64,000 nt of DNA. It comes from Basidiobolus meristosporus CBS 931.73. Taxonomy: Eukaryota > Fungi > Basidiobolomycota. Where the stretch lies: NCBI GenBank assembly GCA_002104905.1, contig MCFE01000127.1, positions 1-64,000 of the forward strand, written 5' to 3'. This document shows positions 58,649-64,000 of this stretch, piece after piece (the stretch's first letter is position 1; the number at the start of each line of letters is the position of its first letter). A model generated the notes under the pieces. It ran no database searches, had not been told where the DNA came from, and saw only the letters and a list, made by a program, of their open reading frames with translations. The translations under genes were made by a program, and so were the position numbers.

Positions 58649-59986
58649 ACTGAACGGGTCACCAGGAAATACGAGAAGAAGTGCTAAACAAGAGAAACAG
58701 ATCAACTTCTTTTATTACCGACGCTATGGGAAGACCCAGACCAATCCAAGTAAATAAATTTTACCATCAACTTCAGAGAATTGGCAAATCACATAACATT
58801 TACACTTAACCTGGTTGAATGGAACTTCAAATCAAACAGCCCTTGTGTATGACAATGCTTCATTTAAGACCAGTACAAATCAGCCAATTAATTCTAGAGA
58901 AGTAGAAGGGATGGCAGTGATCTTTCACACGTGCACATGGACGAGACTCACTTGGGGGTAACTGAATTGGATGGACGGCATTCAGCGTAAATTCATGTTT
59001 GGCAATCGTGATGAATTAAATTAGAAGTATTTCCATAGCTAGAAGCTTTGTCATATCATGGCCCCCGTAGCGTACTTCTAGATTGTGTAAGGTCCAGAAC
59101 CTTAACTTCGTACCCTACACCCTGGGTAACCATATCCACTCCCAAGGATGATCTTGGCATATTGAATAACGGAGTTTTGTTCCTTTGTGCCAAGCTCAAG
59201 CTCCGCCAGTTGATAGGATTTCTTTTGGATTGAACCGAATCGCCTAGATCTTGCGTTCAATCTGCTGATTAATATTAGTGTGACAGCATAAGGGGATTTG
59301 TCAACTCCATATTAAGAAATTCCTGTTACTCATAAGCCATAATGCTGGTAACGCGAAGATGACCTCTAGACGCTTCCCTAGATTTACTCATCCACGAGCT
59401 GCAGTCGTTGTCTAGATACACGGCACTAGTAAAGATAACACTTTCGGATCAGGTTTTGCGGGACTATTTTGTTATCTTTTACTGTATTCAGTAATTATGG
59501 GATCAACTGGTGTGTGAGAAGAGGCACCCATCTTCCGGCAAGTTAAACTATTCACCCATCACCCATCGCCCGAAGCTCTGTAGTTCGTCGAGGGAATCTG
59601 CAGCATTCTTCGATTATTTTCAAGTGAGTCAAGCCTCATTCCAAACTTTACCTATTTTGTTGACTCATTACTAATTCAAATCCATAGTATGACAGCTGCT
59701 TTGCAATCGGATGGATAACTGAATTCCATCACTAAATGGTATTGTCTACCTGTATTTAACGAAGGATTGGAAACTTACTCAAGCACCAAGAATAGCCCAC
59801 AATCGGATCACGTGACTCATGGCATGTTGCTGACGTACTGATTGATCACAATGAGGCATCTTGACAAAGAAAAGAATGCCACACCGAAACAAGGCTAATA
59901 TTGCAAAACGATTTTCTCTGTTACTATTATACACTACGTCAAAGTAGATACAACTTAATTCCCAGTATCGCAATTCACAATTCAAC

Positions 59987-61512
59987 ATGGCCGAAAAAAT
60001 GGAGGTCGATATTCCCGTTACCGAATTCCTAGCACAAGAGAGAAAGAAAACTCCCAAACATTTGCAAGAATATTACACGTCTTTCGAGGATCTTTATGAG
60101 CGCAAGTATGAAGCTTAGCATATATGAGTCCCATCGCTCACTGGAGCTTGACGCAGATGTTTACTGGTTAACTAATAGATTATGGCACCAACTTACTTCG
60201 TGCTTGGAAGAATTCGTAACACAACCCGATGCTGGACCATTTTTGATTCCTCTATACAACCACTTTGTTTCAGAATGGGCAAAAAAGATGAACAAGCTTA
60301 AACTCGTAGGATTTGCATTGTCTGCAGCCGCCCAATTCCAAGGTACTCATTGAATTATTTGAAGTTTCGTATCAGCGGGTGTTACAACTTATTATATTTT
60401 AGATTTCCAAGAGGCTATCCAATTTCTTTCACCTCTAACTGAAAGAGTAAATACGCCTGAAACCCAGGATGCATATGTTCTGGCAATAATGGAAACTGCC
60501 AGCTTTAAATTACTTCTCAATGATTTAGACGGAACGAAGGAAGCTATGGATGAAAGCGAAAAAATCCTCGAGTCGTTTGACAGCGTGGAAACTATAATCC
60601 ATGCTAGCTTCTACAGGGTTTCTGCGCAATATTACAAGGTAACACTAGCTCATATCATACGGAAATATGTGATTATCCATACTAACATTATGCATATATA
60701 GGCAAAGGCTGATTTTGTCAAGTACTATAAGCACGCACTCCTCTTCTTGGCATGTGTGAATCTCAACGACCTGTCCAATGCTGAAAGAATCGAGCGCGCA
60801 TATGATTTATCCTTGGCCGCGCTTTTGGGAGAGTCCATATATAATTTTGGGGAACTGGTACGCAACTATAGAAGAATACTCTTGAAAGTACCGGCTAACA
60901 GATGTTGTAGCTTATGCACCCAATTTTACAAGTACTGAAAGTAGGTGAGCATGAATGGCTATATAGACTCTTGTTTGCTGTCAATAGTGGTGATATTGGG
61001 AAATTCGAGGCATTATCTGCACAATTTACCAAACAGGTGAGTGTTCTCAACACTGTTTACGGAGAAACTTGCTGACGTAAAACCTGCTATACTAGCCTCT
61101 TCTTGAAAGCTACTCTGCCTTTCTCAGACAGAAAATATGCTTGATGTCACTTATCGAATCAATTTTCAAACGCTCGGCTGACAATAGACTACTTACCTTC
61201 TCCGATATTACCTCGGAAACGAAGCTTCCAATAGACGAGGTATGGTCAACTCGTGTTCATTGCACATACGAAGAGGCGCTGATTTTTGCCTAACAGGTTG
61301 AACACCTTGTAATGAAAGGACTATCACTCAATTTAATCCGTGGGTCTATTGATCAAGTTGATCAGACCGTTCATATCACTTGGGTCCAATCTCGCTATAT
61401 GGATATTGACCAAATCGACGCGATGCGACAACGTCTTGTTGAGTGGAGTCAGAATGTTGATAAGATGGCCAATCTGATGGAGGACTTAACACCAGAGCTA
61501 TTTATTCAGTAA
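59987..61512 (+). CDS. RPN9: 26S proteasome lid subunit RPN9 (PSMD13)
   Basis: FEDLYERKLWHQLT; AYDLSLAALLGESIYNFGEL; EHLVMKGLSLNLIRGSIDQVDQTVHITWVQSR (PCI domain). Multi-exon. Confidence 0.93.
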
Positions 61513-61718
61513 AATAATTTCTTTTCAAATTGATAATTATTTCATTACATTTCCTCGTGTTTAATATACTTTCAACCCACTTTTACTGACATAAATAAGA
61601 TGTGAAATAAAAGCCAGTGAATGTAATAAGCAACAACAGGATGATCGGAGTCGTTTTTAATGCAAATATGAGGGAATATGCAAAATTTTAAACGTTGGGA
61701 TTGGTAAGTGCATGAACA

Positions 61719-62413
61719 TCATGTTCTATCATGTCGAGATTCTTCAGTTAGTATTTCGTGAACAAAACGTGCAAAGACAAACTCACCAATATCTGAAACG
61801 TTTTTCTTCAAGGACAAATGCTCCGAATGGATAGTTGACTACATAGCAGTAAAAACATTAGCACTGTGTGTGGGTGGGTAGGTATGAATGCAATATTACA
61901 TAAAGCTTTCTAAGATCAGCTTTGGTATTTTCGAGCTGCTCATGAGTGGCTGCGACCTCTTTTAGGCTCCGTAACTCCTTCTCGACTGCGCCAATCTTCT
62001 GTGCATATTCTCTGACCTACATGTATGTATATATATTGAGTAAAAGGCCATTTTGCGTGAACAGATTTCGCAACATACCTTATTGGTAGAAGCTTGCAAT
62101 TCATCAACAGATTGAAGTAACATATCAGAGGCGCTCTTGTATTCTTCCAAAAGGTAGTAATACCCAACTCCGCCTGCACAAGTCAAACCGAACAAGAAGC
62201 CCATGAATCTACGAATAATCAAGATTGTTATTTTCTAGCCTTATGGAACAGAATAGATCAAAGTAACTCTCACCCTCCCCGGAAGCTTCCGGTTTTCTTG
62301 ACAACAATTTTAGGAGGAGTAGCTACACGCTCAGTGAAGCTCGAGCTAGCTTCCTGGAGCCGGGGTAAAGAAGTGGTAAATCTACGAGCGAGGACTTGAC
62401 GGAAGGCGTTCAT
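61719..62413 (-). CDS. Small single-TM, coiled-coil protein of unknown function, probably mitochondrial
   Basis: Spliced MNAFRQVLARRFTTS...SFRG/GFMGFLFGLTCAGGVGYYYLLEEYKSASDMLLQSVDELQASTNK/VREYAQKIGAVEKEL. GT-AG introns keep the frame. Confidence 0.65.
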
Positions 62414-63621
62414 TGTAAGGATACTTGAGGCTTGATATCTCGGTTATCAAATTTACACTCTTGTATTAGAAGCTGCTAAACTGGAAGCGCAATAATTGAT
62501 ATGGAGCATATCTTCAATGAAATGATTGGATTCTCCATACCTTGATTGACCTTTCCCCAGCTTCCCCATCTTAGTTGGGGCAAGAAAAGTTGGTTAATAC
62601 TCGGTTACTAGTTGAATTAAACCGACACGATTTGTAATCGACTTGAAAAACGCTGATAAGAGATCCAGGTGATGCGTGGATAGGGAGGAGCTAGCCACGA
62701 GTAGATGAATGTTTATACCACCATTATGTAGTTAAAATAATCACTGAGGACCCATGTTATTTTGATGCATGTTAATTAAATAATGGTTATGCAGACTCTC
62801 CGTCAACTTCAGGGCCAGGGCTCAAGAACCCGATCCTGTTCCCCGAGTTATTCCGGACCTGAACCAATTTGGATGTAAATTGGATACACTGGAGCAGACT
62901 GGAACGGACTGGACATTGATTACGTTTATCGTGGTAGAGGCCATTCCGAGGCTAGTAAATATGTGGCCAACTTTAGCACCTTCATCCCACACTGATCACA
63001 TTGATCTACGTTTACGAAGATTCATACAACTTTCATGCTTTGGTATCCGAAGGCAGAGTAGCGTATAGACCCCCACATTGTAGCGCTGTGTGGTTTTTAA
63101 GGGAGAGTGTCCGCGCCCACTATAACAATTAGCTGGTCTTTCAATACTCTGCTGACGCCGAGGACTCTGGGAATATGTCATCGGGATTTCCAGTTCGGTA
63201 AATGGCAGGAGTACTGCGGGGAAATGGTTTATGACATTATAACCTATCTCTTACCTAGAACAGTAGGCAACCTAGCTTCTTCTAGACCAGCTAATGCCAG
63301 ACACTTATCTAAAATCTATATATTGCTTCACCTGAAATGGGTGACCTTCGTTTGGGATGCGATCCAAGGCCAAGCGTGGGCTTTCCAGAGATCTACCATT
63401 CGGACTCCACCATTAAAAAGGAAATTTTCGAAAGATCCAGCTCACTTGCAACCTAGATTTCAGTCATGCTCTGCCGATTTGATTTTTTAAGCTTGAAAAT
63501 CCGGCAGCCCTGATCTGGTCTGATGTATATAAAGCCGTTGTGTAGATGCAGTCAGTTCTCTCCGTCGCCATTAGCAATCATTTCTCAGTTTCAGTTGCAC
63601 CACCAAGACCACTTCACTGCT

Positions 63622-64000
63622 ATGGATAAAACAAAGAGCCACCGCCCCTATAAGTGCCCAATGTGCGAAAAAGCATTTTATCGGTTGGAGCACCGCACAC
63701 GCCATATCCGGATACATACTGGTGAAAAGCCTCACCAGTGTACGGTTCCTAATTGTGGGAAACGGTTTTCAAGATCCGATGAGCTTGTGAGACATCAACG
63801 TATTCACAACAAGGCCTCAAAGAAGTCACGTCTAAACAGCCAACCACCCAACACACCTATATCTCAGATGTCCTATTTGTCTGCAAGATCAGAGTTTATG
63901 CCCAGCCCATCTTTGAGTCCAGCCCTGTCTTCATGTTCCTCCGATTCAGACGATGCCATCAAAGAGCATCTCCTCAACTCAAGTAATGTGCAATTGTTTC
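63622..64000 (+). CDS. C2H2 zinc-finger transcription factor, CreA/Mig1-like (partial, runs off the window)
   Basis: [55 protein letters not shown]. Not in the ORF track because there is no stop before the window end. Confidence 0.85.
   Translation, partial: MDKTKSHRPYKCPMCEKAFYRLEHRTRHIRIHTGEKPHQCTVPNCGKRFSRSDELVRHQRIHNKASKKSRLNSQPPNTPISQMSYLSARSEFMPSPSLSPALSSCSSDSDDAIKEHLLNSSNVQLF

Noticed and set aside
62889-63410. Four SYGGRG (CreA/Mig1) sites upstream of the CreA-like gene as autoregulation
   Set aside because: This degenerate 6-mer is expected roughly once per 250 bp on both strands, so four in this span is not convincing.

Overview
Eukaryotic, intron-rich fungal DNA (short GT-AG introns with CTAAC-like branch sites; an early-diverging, Basidiobolus-like fungus is my inference, not a demonstrated identity). 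The window has two sharply different halves. Bases 1 to ~27,300 are a CpG-depleted graveyard of nested, decayed transposons. The main family is a ~5.5-kb CACTA/EnSpm(CMC)-type element with CCCTATG...CATAGGG ends, a Tnp2-like transposase and a divergently transcribed accessory ORF of unknown function. Inserted into it are a foldback/MITE family (AGACTTGTTCC ends, 3-bp ANT target duplications) and Ty1/copia and Ty3/gypsy remnants. Bases ~27,550-64,000 are gene-dense with normal CpG: bacterial-type cytidylate kinase with introns, a glutamate 5-kinase pseudogene, a GYPPQQNT-repeat/DM9 protein, a JmjC hydroxylase, a UBA-LRR protein, a Bet1/Sft1-like SNARE, two ERG3 paralogs plus ERG1, LAA1/HEATR5, IVD head-to-head with an intronless beta-hydroxyacid dehydrogenase, a 5'-damaged SMARCD/SNF12, a SLM1-like PH protein, RPN9, a small membrane protein and a partial CreA/Mig1-like zinc finger gene. 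No tRNA, rRNA or CRISPR array was seen. All calls are by eye from motifs; no database searches were run, and boundaries of decayed elements are approximate.
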